NCBI GenBank assembly: GCA_036679495.1
Contig: JAZDDE010000080.1
Location: 1 to 53,924 of the forward strand
Length of the DNA: 53,924 nucleotides
Reading direction: 5' to 3'
Origin: Gemmatimonadota bacterium
GTDB lineage: Bacteria; Gemmatimonadota; Gemmatimonadetes; Palauibacterales; Palauibacteraceae
Positions 1 through 8,739 of the stretch are shown one piece after another. A model generated the notes under the pieces. The model had not been told where the DNA came from. It worked only from the letters and a program-made list of their open reading frames with translations, and ran no database searches. Each line of letters opens with the position of its first letter. The first letter of the stretch is position 1. A program made the position numbers and the translations under genes.

Positions 1-276
1 GGCGTTTTCTTCCCATTCCCAGAGACCCAGTTTATTGTATGTGTCCGTATGATAACGGTTTGAATCATGGAAACTCTCATCTATGAGATCAAGAGCATCA
101 GTATCCAACCATCCTAACCAAAAAGCATCAAAAACCATCTGCGACAGCTTTTTTAGCTGCGCAAATCTTTTTTGCGCAGTTAAATAGAGTCTAACTTTAG
201 AAGGGTATTGATTTTTCATAGTTCACGCCGGTACGGCGTCCAGCTCGATATCTGAACCTGGTGCCGACGGCGACCA

Positions 277-942
277 TTAGTTTAGCCGGACGGCGAATCC
301 GGCTGAGAGAACGATGTCGTGCTGCCGTTTCGCGCCGTCCAGAACCGGGTCGTCGAAGCTGGACACGTAGTCGCGGACTCCGAGGCTGAACAGAACTCTG
401 TCATTCAGCGTGACGTCCGCTCCCCCCGAGAGGATCCCTGTCACGTTGGTTGCATCTTCGAAAGGCAGGCCGGGGTCGGTCGGAAACGTCACTCGCCTGG
501 CTCCGGCTCCCACACCGAAGTACGGCCGGACGATCGAGGACGCCCCCGACAGATTGGGCCGATACATCAGACTTCCGCCGAAAAACAGTACGTCCGCATT
601 GCCGAACGAGATGGGAACCGGAAAGCCCATAGAGAGATCCTGAGAAGTCGCCTCGGGGCTGGAGTACGTCACCAATCCGGCGATGCCAAGTCCCCCGGGC
701 AGCCAGTAGGTTACCTCTCCGCCGAACGCACCCGCGGTGGACAGCTCTACTTGAAGCGTGTCGCCCTGGTCGGCCAGCGAACTCAGCGGCGAGTAGAGCC
801 CCACGAACGGCTTGATCTCGATCCCGCCCGGCGCGTGCTGCGCCCAGGCTGGACTCGCGCCCGCAATCACCAAGCTGCCTACCACCAGCGCTGCGATCAG
901 CCCGGTCCGGCGGCCGTGATTCCCGAAAACGCGTCCCATCAT
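277..942 (-). CDS. Outer-membrane beta-barrel protein (OmpA/OmpW-like small barrel)
   Basis: 221 aa; signal peptide ending AWA-Q; alternating amphipathic strands (RPYFGVGAGA, LFSLGVRDY, IVLSAGFAVRLN at C-terminus); 4-nt overlap with upstream gene. Confidence 0.75.
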   Translation of the reverse strand: MMGRVFGNHGRRTGLIAALVVGSLVIAGASPAWAQHAPGGIEIKPFVGLYSPLSSLADQGDTLQVELSTAGAFGGEVTYWLPGGLGIAGLVTYSSPEATSQDLSMGFPVPISFGNADVLFFGGSLMYRPNLSGASSIVRPYFGVGAGARRVTFPTDPGLPFEDATNVTGILSGGADVTLNDRVLFSLGVRDYVSSFDDPVLDGAKRQHDIVLSAGFAVRLN

Positions 943-2171
943 CGATCGCCACTCCCTATTTCGATTTTCCAGAAGCTGATGCCTCCGGCCTGTTTTCCCA
1001 TATCTACCCGTCCGACGGTGGCCAAATTAGTGAGATCGATCATCTCGACCGTTCCTGGCTCTCCGCCAACTCCTTCAACGCTTACGAACCCGTACTTGCT
1101 GTCGGGACTCAGGGCCACCCCATGCGGCAGGGTGCGGCGTGTTGGGATCGCCGCGAGTTCACGGCCGGCGTCCAGATCGAACACCCCGATGGCTGCGCCG
1201 CCCTTGTACGTAATGACCAGTTTCCCCCCATCGGGCGTTATGTCCAGGTTGTACGGGCCGGGGCCGGTCTCGAACCGTCGTGCGATCGTCCACCCGTCAA
1301 GGTCGATCTCGAGGACCTTACGGTTCTTATTGCATGCGACATATGCGCGGCGTCCATCCGGGGATGGATGCACCCAAGTCGGCCCGCAGCGAGTCGCCAT
1401 CGCCTCCATCGTATTGGTACCAAGCTCGGCGCGGGCCTCCAGGATCGACGCATCCAACTCCTGCTCTGCGTCGGGGCCCAGATACATTCGCCGCGTCACA
1501 GCGAGCGAGCGAGTGTCCAGCTCGACCAGTTGCTCGTCTCTCACGCACACCGAATACAGCCGGGTCTGATTCGCGGACAACCGGGCGCCGTGAGGCATGG
1601 CGCAGGTCGGAATCTGCGCGATCTCCTGCATGCTCTCCGTATCGACCACGGAAACGGAGCTTGGCACGGGGTCTCCGTGAAGATTGAAGTTCACGACGAA
1701 CAGCAGGCCGCCATCCGTGACCGCCATTGAGGCGGGGAACAGGCCGACTTCCGCGGCGCCCACTCTCTCGTGGGTGGCGATGTCGTACCGGTGCACCTGC
1801 CCGAACGGGGTTCCATGCGCGATGGAGACGTACCAGTGCGACCCGTCCGGATCGATCGCGATCCCATGCGGCCCGTCAGTCTCCGTGAGCCAAAGGCCGA
1901 CTCCGACGGTCTCGACCAGCTGTCCGCCATCCGGTCCGAACCGGACGACCGACACTTCGTCCTGAGACTCGGCGGCCACGACCACGTAGTAGTTATCGGT
2001 GGGCCACGGCGCTGTTTCGGCTGTCGCGCTCTGGCTCGCCGCCTGGTTTCCACGCTGTCCCGCTGCAGGCGCGCCGTCCTCAGTCGAAATAGAACCGGCC
2101 GGGGCCGACGCACATGCGGCGCCGGCCGCACATGCGATCAGGGCCCCTGCCGGGCGCCAGCTAAGGAACAA
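939..2171 (-). CDS. YncE/YVTN-type beta-propeller protein, probable lipoprotein
   Basis: 410 aa; lipobox-like LIAC/GAAC; repeated blades GPHGIAIDPDG, MPHGARLS, GPYNLDITPDG, LPHGVALSPD. TTG start overlaps upstream stop; exact start uncertain. Confidence 0.8.
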   Translation of the reverse strand: MFLSWRPAGALIACAAGAACASAPAGSISTEDGAPAAGQRGNQAASQSATAETAPWPTDNYYVVVAAESQDEVSVVRFGPDGGQLVETVGVGLWLTETDGPHGIAIDPDGSHWYVSIAHGTPFGQVHRYDIATHERVGAAEVGLFPASMAVTDGGLLFVVNFNLHGDPVPSSVSVVDTESMQEIAQIPTCAMPHGARLSANQTRLYSVCVRDEQLVELDTRSLAVTRRMYLGPDAEQELDASILEARAELGTNTMEAMATRCGPTWVHPSPDGRRAYVACNKNRKVLEIDLDGWTIARRFETGPGPYNLDITPDGGKLVITYKGGAAIGVFDLDAGRELAAIPTRRTLPHGVALSPDSKYGFVSVEGVGGEPGTVEMIDLTNLATVGRVDMGKQAGGISFWKIEIGSGDR

Positions 2172-4167
2172 GGTCTTTTGGCGTGAGCTGAACCGCCCAC
2201 AGACCGGAGTTGAACTCCGTGAAGAACAGATTGCCCTTATGAGGCTGCGGGCCCCATGTCATCGGCGCGTTGGGCAGGAATCCCTCTCCGTCGTAGGCCA
2301 GGTACTGGGCGATTTCGCGCCCCTGCCGGAACAGATCGCCCATAAGCTCACCCGAGATGTCCACTACCCGGACACCGCCGTTGTAGAAAGCCGCATACAG
2401 CCGGTCACCCTCGACCCACAGGTTGTGAGTTCCGGCGCCCGGAACTTCGTAGCGCGCAACCTCTTTCGGGTTCTCCAGGTCGGTGAAGTCTATAAAGTGC
2501 ATATACCCTTCGGCCGCGCACGGCTTATTCAGATCCCTGCACTGTGGCATGATCTCGTCGCCGGCGATCACGTAGAACTTACCGGTGGACTGGCTCCGGA
2601 ACGGAAACGCGGCATGGTTGGCTCCGCTCGGATACGCGTAGCTGCTGATGAAGACCGGATTCGAAGGCGTCCCGCCCTTGATGCCGTTGCCCACGTCCAC
2701 CAGTACCACGCCGTCAGACCAGTTAGACGAGTAGGCAACGCCATCCTCTACCCACACGTCATGGACTGAATGGCCGGGCGTTTCCAACTCAAACCGCCCT
2801 ACGCGGTGCGGGTTGGTGGGATCTTCGATGTTGATGATGTCATACCGCTGGCCCGCGCTAAGTGCGTACACATGACCCGCGTGAATGAACACGTTGTGTA
2901 CGCCGCCTGTGAGTTCGTCGTCGTACTCGGACACGATCTCGACCGCATGCGGGTCGGACACATCCAGAATCACGAGGCCGTTACGCCGGCTCGAAGCTCC
3001 CTCGCGGCTGATCACGGCGATCCGGCCATCCTCCGACACCTTCACGTCATTCACGGTGCGGGCGTCCACCTGAACGCTGTCCACCTTCACGATCGTGGTG
3101 GGATCGGTGACGTCCCAGAAGTACGCCTTGCCCTCGGCGCCCCAGGTTCCGGTCACGGCGTAATCCCGTCCGTCCACACCTTCGAAGACCCATAGGTCTG
3201 AGGTATGGGACTCACCCACGCGCCCCTGGCCGAGCAGCTTCACAATTTCCGCCGCCTCGCGGCCCTCGATCTGCAGTTCGACGCTGCTAGTGGCGCCGCC
3301 CGAACTTGCGAACACCGTGTATACACCCGGCTTCTCCGCCACGAATCTGCCAGCCTGGCTGATCTGGGCGCTGGCGGGCGGGGCGATCAGCGTGTCGGTG
3401 GGCGCGGCTTGCACGGCGAACGAGATCGGAGCTCCTGCGACCGCATTGCCGTCACCATCCAGCGGCGTCGCCTCGATCGTGAGCACGTCCCCAGTCCGGG
3501 CCCTGTCCTGCGCGGCGCTGACAGAAACCGAGCGGACCGGGCTTGTGGCTACCTCGACGGATACCGAGCCTTCAATCCCGTCCGCATCGGCCGACAGAGT
3601 CACTGTACCGGCCTGCAGCGCCTTGAGCCGTCCCGTCACACTCGGAGCCAGAACGGATCGGTCAGAGCTCCGTACCATCGGGTCCAGGTCCGGCCGGGTC
3701 TTGTCGTTAGCCGACATCGCGGTGGCCACTACCGAGTAGGTATTTCCTGTATACATACGGTCGGGGATGCCCGCGAAATCGATACGCTCCACGGCAGGCC
3801 AGGCAACGGTGACCTCCACGTTGATACGTACCCTTGTAGCTCGGCCGTCTTCGCCCAGTGCGACCGCAATGATGCGTCCCTCGCCTCCCGAGATGCCTTC
3901 CACCTCACCGCTCGTGCGATTGACTGCGGCAACTCGGCGCTTGGTCGAGAAAAAGACCACGGTACCCTCCACCTCATTGCCGTCAGCGTCTTTCAAGATT
4001 CCATTCAGGGTAATCTTGTCGCCCACACTCAGGTCGAGTGATGCCGGCTGAACCTCGAGCTCCAGATCCTGCGCGCTGGCGGCGGGGGCACTGAGAAGTG
4101 CGACCGCCGCGACCACCGCAGCAAGTGTGACCATACGGCCGGTTAGTTGTTGGTTCCCAATCTGCAT
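2161..4167 (-). CDS. Secreted protein with Ig-like (BIG2-type) domains and C-terminal LVIVD-repeat propeller
   Basis: 668 aa; signal peptide (ASA-Q); N-half Ig-like repeats (SSDRSVLAPSVTGRLKALQAGTVTLSA); C-half LVIVD repeats (GLVILDVSDP, GVVLVDV, GVRVVDIS); GGAG SD 8 nt before ATG. Confidence 0.8.
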   Translation of the reverse strand: MQIGNQQLTGRMVTLAAVVAAVALLSAPAASAQDLELEVQPASLDLSVGDKITLNGILKDADGNEVEGTVVFFSTKRRVAAVNRTSGEVEGISGGEGRIIAVALGEDGRATRVRINVEVTVAWPAVERIDFAGIPDRMYTGNTYSVVATAMSANDKTRPDLDPMVRSSDRSVLAPSVTGRLKALQAGTVTLSADADGIEGSVSVEVATSPVRSVSVSAAQDRARTGDVLTIEATPLDGDGNAVAGAPISFAVQAAPTDTLIAPPASAQISQAGRFVAEKPGVYTVFASSGGATSSVELQIEGREAAEIVKLLGQGRVGESHTSDLWVFEGVDGRDYAVTGTWGAEGKAYFWDVTDPTTIVKVDSVQVDARTVNDVKVSEDGRIAVISREGASSRRNGLVILDVSDPHAVEIVSEYDDELTGGVHNVFIHAGHVYALSAGQRYDIINIEDPTNPHRVGRFELETPGHSVHDVWVEDGVAYSSNWSDGVVLVDVGNGIKGGTPSNPVFISSYAYPSGANHAAFPFRSQSTGKFYVIAGDEIMPQCRDLNKPCAAEGYMHFIDFTDLENPKEVARYEVPGAGTHNLWVEGDRLYAAFYNGGVRVVDISGELMGDLFRQGREIAQYLAYDGEGFLPNAPMTWGPQPHKGNLFFTEFNSGLWAVQLTPKDLVP

Positions 4168-4204
4168 TTCTGTATCTCCTGGGAGTAGATCCCAAACTCG
4201 GTGC

Positions 4205-4231
4205 GGAATCCCTACTGGAATCCCTATTATA
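4205..4231 (-). promoter_or_regulatory. Perfect TATAAT -10 box (4226-4231) with a tandem 10-bp direct repeat GGAATCCCTA (4205-4214, 4217-4226) just downstream
   Basis: Motifs read directly from sequence, about 60 nt upstream of the 4167 start; no good -35 at canonical spacing. Confidence 0.5.
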
Positions 4232-4311
4232 GAGTTTCATCAGGTTCGCCGCAGGCCCGGAACTCACGGGGCTGAGTGGCTGTCAGACTGTACGGAAAGA
4301 GAGCGAAATTA

Positions 4312-4683
4312 GTTGCGGAGGGGTGCGGGGCCGCGGGCCGCTCAGGCGGTCCGAGGAAAGTCCGGGCTCCACAGGGCACGGTGCCGGGTAACTCCCGGGC
4401 GCTGCAAGGCGACGGAAAGTGTCACAGAGAACAGACCGCCGATGGCGGCCTTAGGGCCGCACAGGTAAGGGTGAAACGGTGGGGTAAGAGCCCACCGCGT
4501 GGCTGGAGACAGGCACGGCACGACAAACCCCACCGGGAGCAAGGCCAAACAGGAGCGAGCGACGGCCCGTCGCGTCTGAGCTCCGGGTAGGCCGCTTGAG
4601 GCGCACAGGCAACTGGCGTCCCAGATAGATGGCTCCGGCGGGCCCTGGCCCGCACAGAACCCGGCTTACAGCCCCTCCGCACT
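4312..4683 (+). ncRNA. rnpB: RNase P RNA, bacterial type A
   Basis: Universal motifs GAGGAAAGTCCGGGCTCC and ACAGAACCCGGCTTAC; P1 GCGGAGGGG/CCCCTCCGC; GGAAAGTGTCACAGAGAACAGACCGCC; GGGTGAAACGGTGGGGTAAGAGCCCACCG; GAGCAAGGCCAAACAGG; CCCAGATAGATGG. Confidence 0.98.
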
Positions 4684-7376
4684 TATTCGCTGATGCGCGG
4701 GTTTCCGAACCGAACCGGTAGCGGCTGAATGGGGATTTCCCACTCCGACATGGTGCCTCCGGTCACAGCGATGAAGTCCGCGATCGGAAGCGTGGTCCGA
4801 GGAGGCAGCGTCTCGGGATCGATCAGTACGGCGTACGTCCCCTGGGGTATGGCCTTGAGGGTGGTAGCGCCATCTCCACCCGCCACGAGAGCCCACGCCT
4901 CATCGCCTTCGCCGACAAGCTGGAAAGCGATACCCGGTAAGCCAGCTTCATCCGCATCACGCACCCCACTCCCATCGCGATCCAGGTAGAACAGCACGCG
5001 CGCTCCGCCGGTTCTGCGCAGCGGAATATCCAGGTGACGCCCGTCGGGAGCCCCATAGGGCCCATCGGACACGAGGCTGCGCCCGAGGCTTCCCGGATCC
5101 ACCCTGACGCCAGCTGTCCCGGCGCCAGCCTCGAACTCATACCGTCCGTCTCGGCCGCTGACTACCGCTTCCCGGCCCATCTGAAGCCGAATCCCGGCCA
5201 GACCGGGCTCATCGGGGTCCTGCCGGCCGCTGCCGTTCAGGTCGTCGAACACGACGCCCTGAAGCACTGCCTGCCGGCGAATCGGAAGGGGCAGGGGCAG
5301 CTTGCGCCGGACGCCCAATGAGAACTCCCAGCGGGCAGATTCCTGGATCGAGCCGGCCATCATCTCGATACCACCGAACAGCGCCATGTCCGGCGCGACT
5401 TCGATTTGGGAGCCTACCTGGAAGGTGATGCCGTCGCCAAAGGTCATGTGGCTCGGAGTCACGAAGAGGGAACCGTACGTCTCAACCGCCGGCGTGAGAC
5501 GCTGGTTGAAACCGAGTTCGATCATCCCCGTACCAGGGCTCCCGAAGTCGTTGGTGTAGGACGCTCCCAGCCGAACCCATCCGTTACCGGAATACCAGTA
5601 CGCAATGCCACGATAGTGTTGGACGATCTCGTCGTTTACGCCGTCCGAGGCGCTTCCCATCTCCGTGAGCAGGTCGACGTGGACATTACCGCCTGTGAGC
5701 CCGGTTCCAGCGCGCACAGTTAGCCGATCGATCTCCTGGAGAGTCCCGGGCGCCGAGCCAAATTGCTTGGCAGAATGATCCTGCCTGATCGCAAACTCAT
5801 ACCGGCGGCTACTGCTGGAGTAGCGCACTCCGATCTCGCCTTTCCTGCGGTCGGACGTCCGCCCCACGCCCAGGAGGTTCCGTGACTGGAGCGTGAACGA
5901 CGCCAGGCCCATAAAAGTGGGGCTGAGATGGCGCGTGCCAATCGCCGTTAGCTCGCGGTCGGGAAGCCGTGCGGTACTGGCAGTAGCGGGAAGGGTCCGG
6001 GCTCGAAGGTCGAACGATGCCGTAATTCCGCGATATCCATATCGAAGGTCAGCCGCCAGACCGGACTCGCTCAGACCCGCTCGCAAGTCCTCGACACGCA
6101 TGATCCCGACGTCACCCGTTATTCGGTGCCCTTCGCCCGGCGCCAGCAGATAGTTGGCTAGCGTCGACCGCACTCGGGTCCGTTCAGTTCGCAGCTCGTT
6201 AGACTCGTCAATATCTGAAACCCTGATCCCAAGACTGCTGACAGGGCTCGAGAACCCGCCGCTGAAAGACCGAACGTGGCCGTCAGTGGAATGCCCCCCG
6301 GAATCGCTTGGGCGCCCAACCGTGAGATCGAACTTGGCCTGACCCACACTCAACTCCGACTGAAACCCGTTTGCAGGGCGCGTAAATCCGAGCAACTGTG
6401 GCAACACCGCGGAAAGGTGCCCTCCCTCAGCCTCAAGACTCCGGTTCCTAAGGCCGGCCCTGAATCTGGGACCCGCAGCCTGCCCACGGAACGCGAAGGA
6501 GGTTCCGTTCGCCGGAAGGCTGTTGTAGGTGACATCCAGTTCCGTGTCGCCCGCTACGAGCCCCTTTGACTGAATCGAGACAACTCCAAGCGTAGTGCTC
6601 CTGCTTGCGTCGTCGATGACCGACGAGCCGACGAAGATCTGGGTCGGGATCTGCACCAGGCCTCGGAGCAGTCCCCGCGGACGCGCAACTAGAAAGCGGG
6701 TCGTCGCTACGGCTTTCTTTTGCCTCCCGGCGGCGATCACCCTGAGATATCCTAGTGATCCGCTGGCAATCGTCGGATCCAGCGCAACAGTGAGTTCAGC
6801 CTCGATTTCATCGAAAGCCGGAACAGCTACAACGCTCGGAAATCCGACAACGGTCGCTCCGTAGCTCGTCAACTGCGTTAGCGCGACTGAGTCCGGCGCG
6901 TTGCCCAGGTTCTTGACGGTCATCCGCACCCCAAACCTCTCGCCCCGGCTGGTGATCGTGTCGGCCGGTTCAAGAATTACTTGCAGCCCGGGCCGCACGT
7001 CCACCTCGATCCAAAGTCCGGCTGAATCAACGGCGCCCGCCAGTGTTTCGAAGTTCACCGTTGCGACTTGCAACCTTCCGGCCGGTATGGAGCCCGGAAC
7101 ACTGAGTGTGACTGGTAGGGACCGACTGGCCGGCAGCGGACGATCAATCGAGCCCGTAGCTGGGCCGAGCAGCCGGACGCCTTCAGCGGGGACGATTTCG
7201 TATCGGATTCGGCGTCCTTCACTGTGAATGGACGTGGGAATCGGCGCCGGAACGGTCACAATGGCGGCCCCGCTCACGCGAGGAACCCTCTGAGCCTCGG
7301 CCGCGCTGGGTATGATCAGCCCGAAACACGCGGTGGCTACTGCGGCGGCAAACGGACGACCGAGCCGGGCTCTCAC
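4683..7376 (-). CDS. Large outer-membrane usher-like protein: N-terminal Ig-like domains, central beta-barrel, two C-terminal SdrD-B-like domains
   Basis: Start re-assigned to GTG 7376 (GTGA overlap with upstream stop, GGAG SD, then signal peptide MRARLGRPFAAAVATACFGLIIPSAAEA); 897 aa; VKNLGNAPD Ig motif; long run of amphipathic strands ending WEFSLGVRR; GVVFDDLNGSGRQDPDEPGLAG and FYLDRDGSGVRDADEAGLPG repeats. Confidence 0.7.
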   Translation of the reverse strand: MRARLGRPFAAAVATACFGLIIPSAAEAQRVPRVSGAAIVTVPAPIPTSIHSEGRRIRYEIVPAEGVRLLGPATGSIDRPLPASRSLPVTLSVPGSIPAGRLQVATVNFETLAGAVDSAGLWIEVDVRPGLQVILEPADTITSRGERFGVRMTVKNLGNAPDSVALTQLTSYGATVVGFPSVVAVPAFDEIEAELTVALDPTIASGSLGYLRVIAAGRQKKAVATTRFLVARPRGLLRGLVQIPTQIFVGSSVIDDASRSTTLGVVSIQSKGLVAGDTELDVTYNSLPANGTSFAFRGQAAGPRFRAGLRNRSLEAEGGHLSAVLPQLLGFTRPANGFQSELSVGQAKFDLTVGRPSDSGGHSTDGHVRSFSGGFSSPVSSLGIRVSDIDESNELRTERTRVRSTLANYLLAPGEGHRITGDVGIMRVEDLRAGLSESGLAADLRYGYRGITASFDLRARTLPATASTARLPDRELTAIGTRHLSPTFMGLASFTLQSRNLLGVGRTSDRRKGEIGVRYSSSSRRYEFAIRQDHSAKQFGSAPGTLQEIDRLTVRAGTGLTGGNVHVDLLTEMGSASDGVNDEIVQHYRGIAYWYSGNGWVRLGASYTNDFGSPGTGMIELGFNQRLTPAVETYGSLFVTPSHMTFGDGITFQVGSQIEVAPDMALFGGIEMMAGSIQESARWEFSLGVRRKLPLPLPIRRQAVLQGVVFDDLNGSGRQDPDEPGLAGIRLQMGREAVVSGRDGRYEFEAGAGTAGVRVDPGSLGRSLVSDGPYGAPDGRHLDIPLRRTGGARVLFYLDRDGSGVRDADEAGLPGIAFQLVGEGDEAWALVAGGDGATTLKAIPQGTYAVLIDPETLPPRTTLPIADFIAVTGGTMSEWEIPIQPLPVRFGNPRISE

Positions 7377-7852
7377 CGGGTTGCACTCCAGGTCATATCG
7401 GCCTGGTACAGCCCTGGTGTATCGACGGCGAAATCGAGCAGGATCCGAAACCGCAGCATCAGGTTTCGGTTGCGGTTGTCCTGCGCAACAAAGTGATCCG
7501 ACGTGCTCAGAGGTGTCCAGGTCGAGCTTCCCTCGAGCTGCCACTGCAGGTCGCCGATATTCTTGCCGTTGTCCATCGCGGAGTCGTCCGACCTGATGCA
7601 CAGCGTCCACGGTCTTCGAGGTCCGTTGTTTCGCACCTGAACCCGGATGGCCTGAGAGTCCACGTAGCCGGCGTCAAAGTCAGCCAGACCCGGAGCAGGG
7701 AAGTCCACCGCCGGCGGTCTGACTCGCATCAGGATGCGACCCGGTTGCGGGTCGCAGCTCTGGGCTTGAACCGGAGTCACGCTCACCACGAGAGCGGTGA
7801 GAACAACTACGCTCCGGGCGATTGCGATTGCGGGTACCGTGGCGCCGCGCAT
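7373..7852 (-). CDS. Putative minor pilin/fimbrial subunit (paralog of 8740-9219)
   Basis: 159 aa; signal peptide ending VQA-Q; beta-rich; three motif blocks shared with the 8740-9219 product; 2 Cys. Confidence 0.65.
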   Translation of the reverse strand: MRGATVPAIAIARSVVVLTALVVSVTPVQAQSCDPQPGRILMRVRPPAVDFPAPGLADFDAGYVDSQAIRVQVRNNGPRRPWTLCIRSDDSAMDNGKNIGDLQWQLEGSSTWTPLSTSDHFVAQDNRNRNLMLRFRILLDFAVDTPGLYQADMTWSATR

Positions 7853-7858
7853 GACTTC

Positions 7859-8656
7859 CTACGGCACCGAGAACGTCACTTGTGCGCCCGCTAGATAATC
7901 GGCCCCGAAGTCCAGAACAGGTACAGCGAGGTAATCCCCGGCTACGAGCCCTAGTCCAACAGGCACGGACACTCGACGACCCTGGCCAGGCAAGACGCTG
8001 AAAGGCCGTACGTCGATCGACCGGACCACGCGACCCTGGTAGTCGCGAATCTCTACAGAACCCATCGGGCGGACCGGCCATGTTCCCGGGTTCTCGAACT
8101 CGAATACGAGCTTTGGGCCGTCCTCGCCTCGTGCGATCTCAGCGATCGTGATCTCGCCGGTCGGCTCTCCAACCAAAGCCAGTCCGTAAACCTTGACGCC
8201 AATCCGCTGACGAACTCTCAGACCCGTCGGCACACGAGCCAGAGTTGCGGCAAACACCATCGACCAACAGGTGTCCGCGCCCTTCCATGGCTCGAAACTG
8301 ATGTTTACGTATCGGGACTCACCGGCCGGGACCGTAATAGCATCCGGCGTGACACGGAGAACCGATTCGCACGAACGGGTGCCTTCGCCTGCGGGAAGAA
8401 AGCTGTGGGTACCCAACTCGTCCTGCTCGAAGTCGTTTACGTAGAGGCGCACGTCGAGCGGTTGGGATCCATCGTTCTTTATCCGCGTCGCCGTTGCCCG
8501 AACGCTGTCGCTACTCGAGAATTGGACGATTACGGGATCGACCGAATATTGACCCTGGACTGCCGGCGGTGCGCCGAACAACAGGCCAGAACCGGCCAGC
8601 GCCAGGAGCGCCGGCCGGCTCGGCCGAAGAGTGTGAGGTTGGCAACGTGTTGCCAT
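7859..8656 (-). CDS. PapD-like periplasmic pilus chaperone (two Ig domains)
   Basis: Start moved to ATG 8656; 265 aa; signal peptide; SVDPVIVQF, IKNDGSQPLDVRLY, VTPDAITVPAGESRYV, alternating strand GLRVRQRIGVKVYG, FENPGTWPVRPMGSVEI; operon context. Confidence 0.75.
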   Translation of the reverse strand: MATRCQPHTLRPSRPALLALAGSGLLFGAPPAVQGQYSVDPVIVQFSSSDSVRATATRIKNDGSQPLDVRLYVNDFEQDELGTHSFLPAGEGTRSCESVLRVTPDAITVPAGESRYVNISFEPWKGADTCWSMVFAATLARVPTGLRVRQRIGVKVYGLALVGEPTGEITIAEIARGEDGPKLVFEFENPGTWPVRPMGSVEIRDYQGRVVRSIDVRPFSVLPGQGRRVSVPVGLGLVAGDYLAVPVLDFGADYLAGAQVTFSVP

Positions 8657-8739
8657 TCCTGCCCCCCCATCTCGCTTCAATGTTTCCGTGAGAAGCCCTC
8701 AGATCAGCCTGCCCTAACGGCTTCGCTACAACTGCGAAA

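Noticed and set aside
259-280. TGGTGCCG resembling a reversed tRNA 3' end (att-site remnant)
   Set aside because: No T-arm sequence follows and no integrase is present; 8 bp is insufficient.
319-1569. 416-aa plus-strand ORF, and similar long antisense ORFs (10742-11902, 21986-23188, 28142-29290)
   Set aside because: They lie opposite well-supported genes, are Arg/Pro/Ala-rich with no motifs, and are expected shadows in GC-rich DNA.
4276-4682. Short ORFs over 4276-4682
   Set aside because: The region is fully explained by the RNase P RNA.
7377-7610. ORF-track N-terminal extensions (also 9220-9513, 22034-22186, 28085-28249, 32563-32955, 33683-33946)
   Set aside because: They overlap upstream genes or promoters; downstream starts have SD sites, stop/start overlaps and family-typical N-termini.
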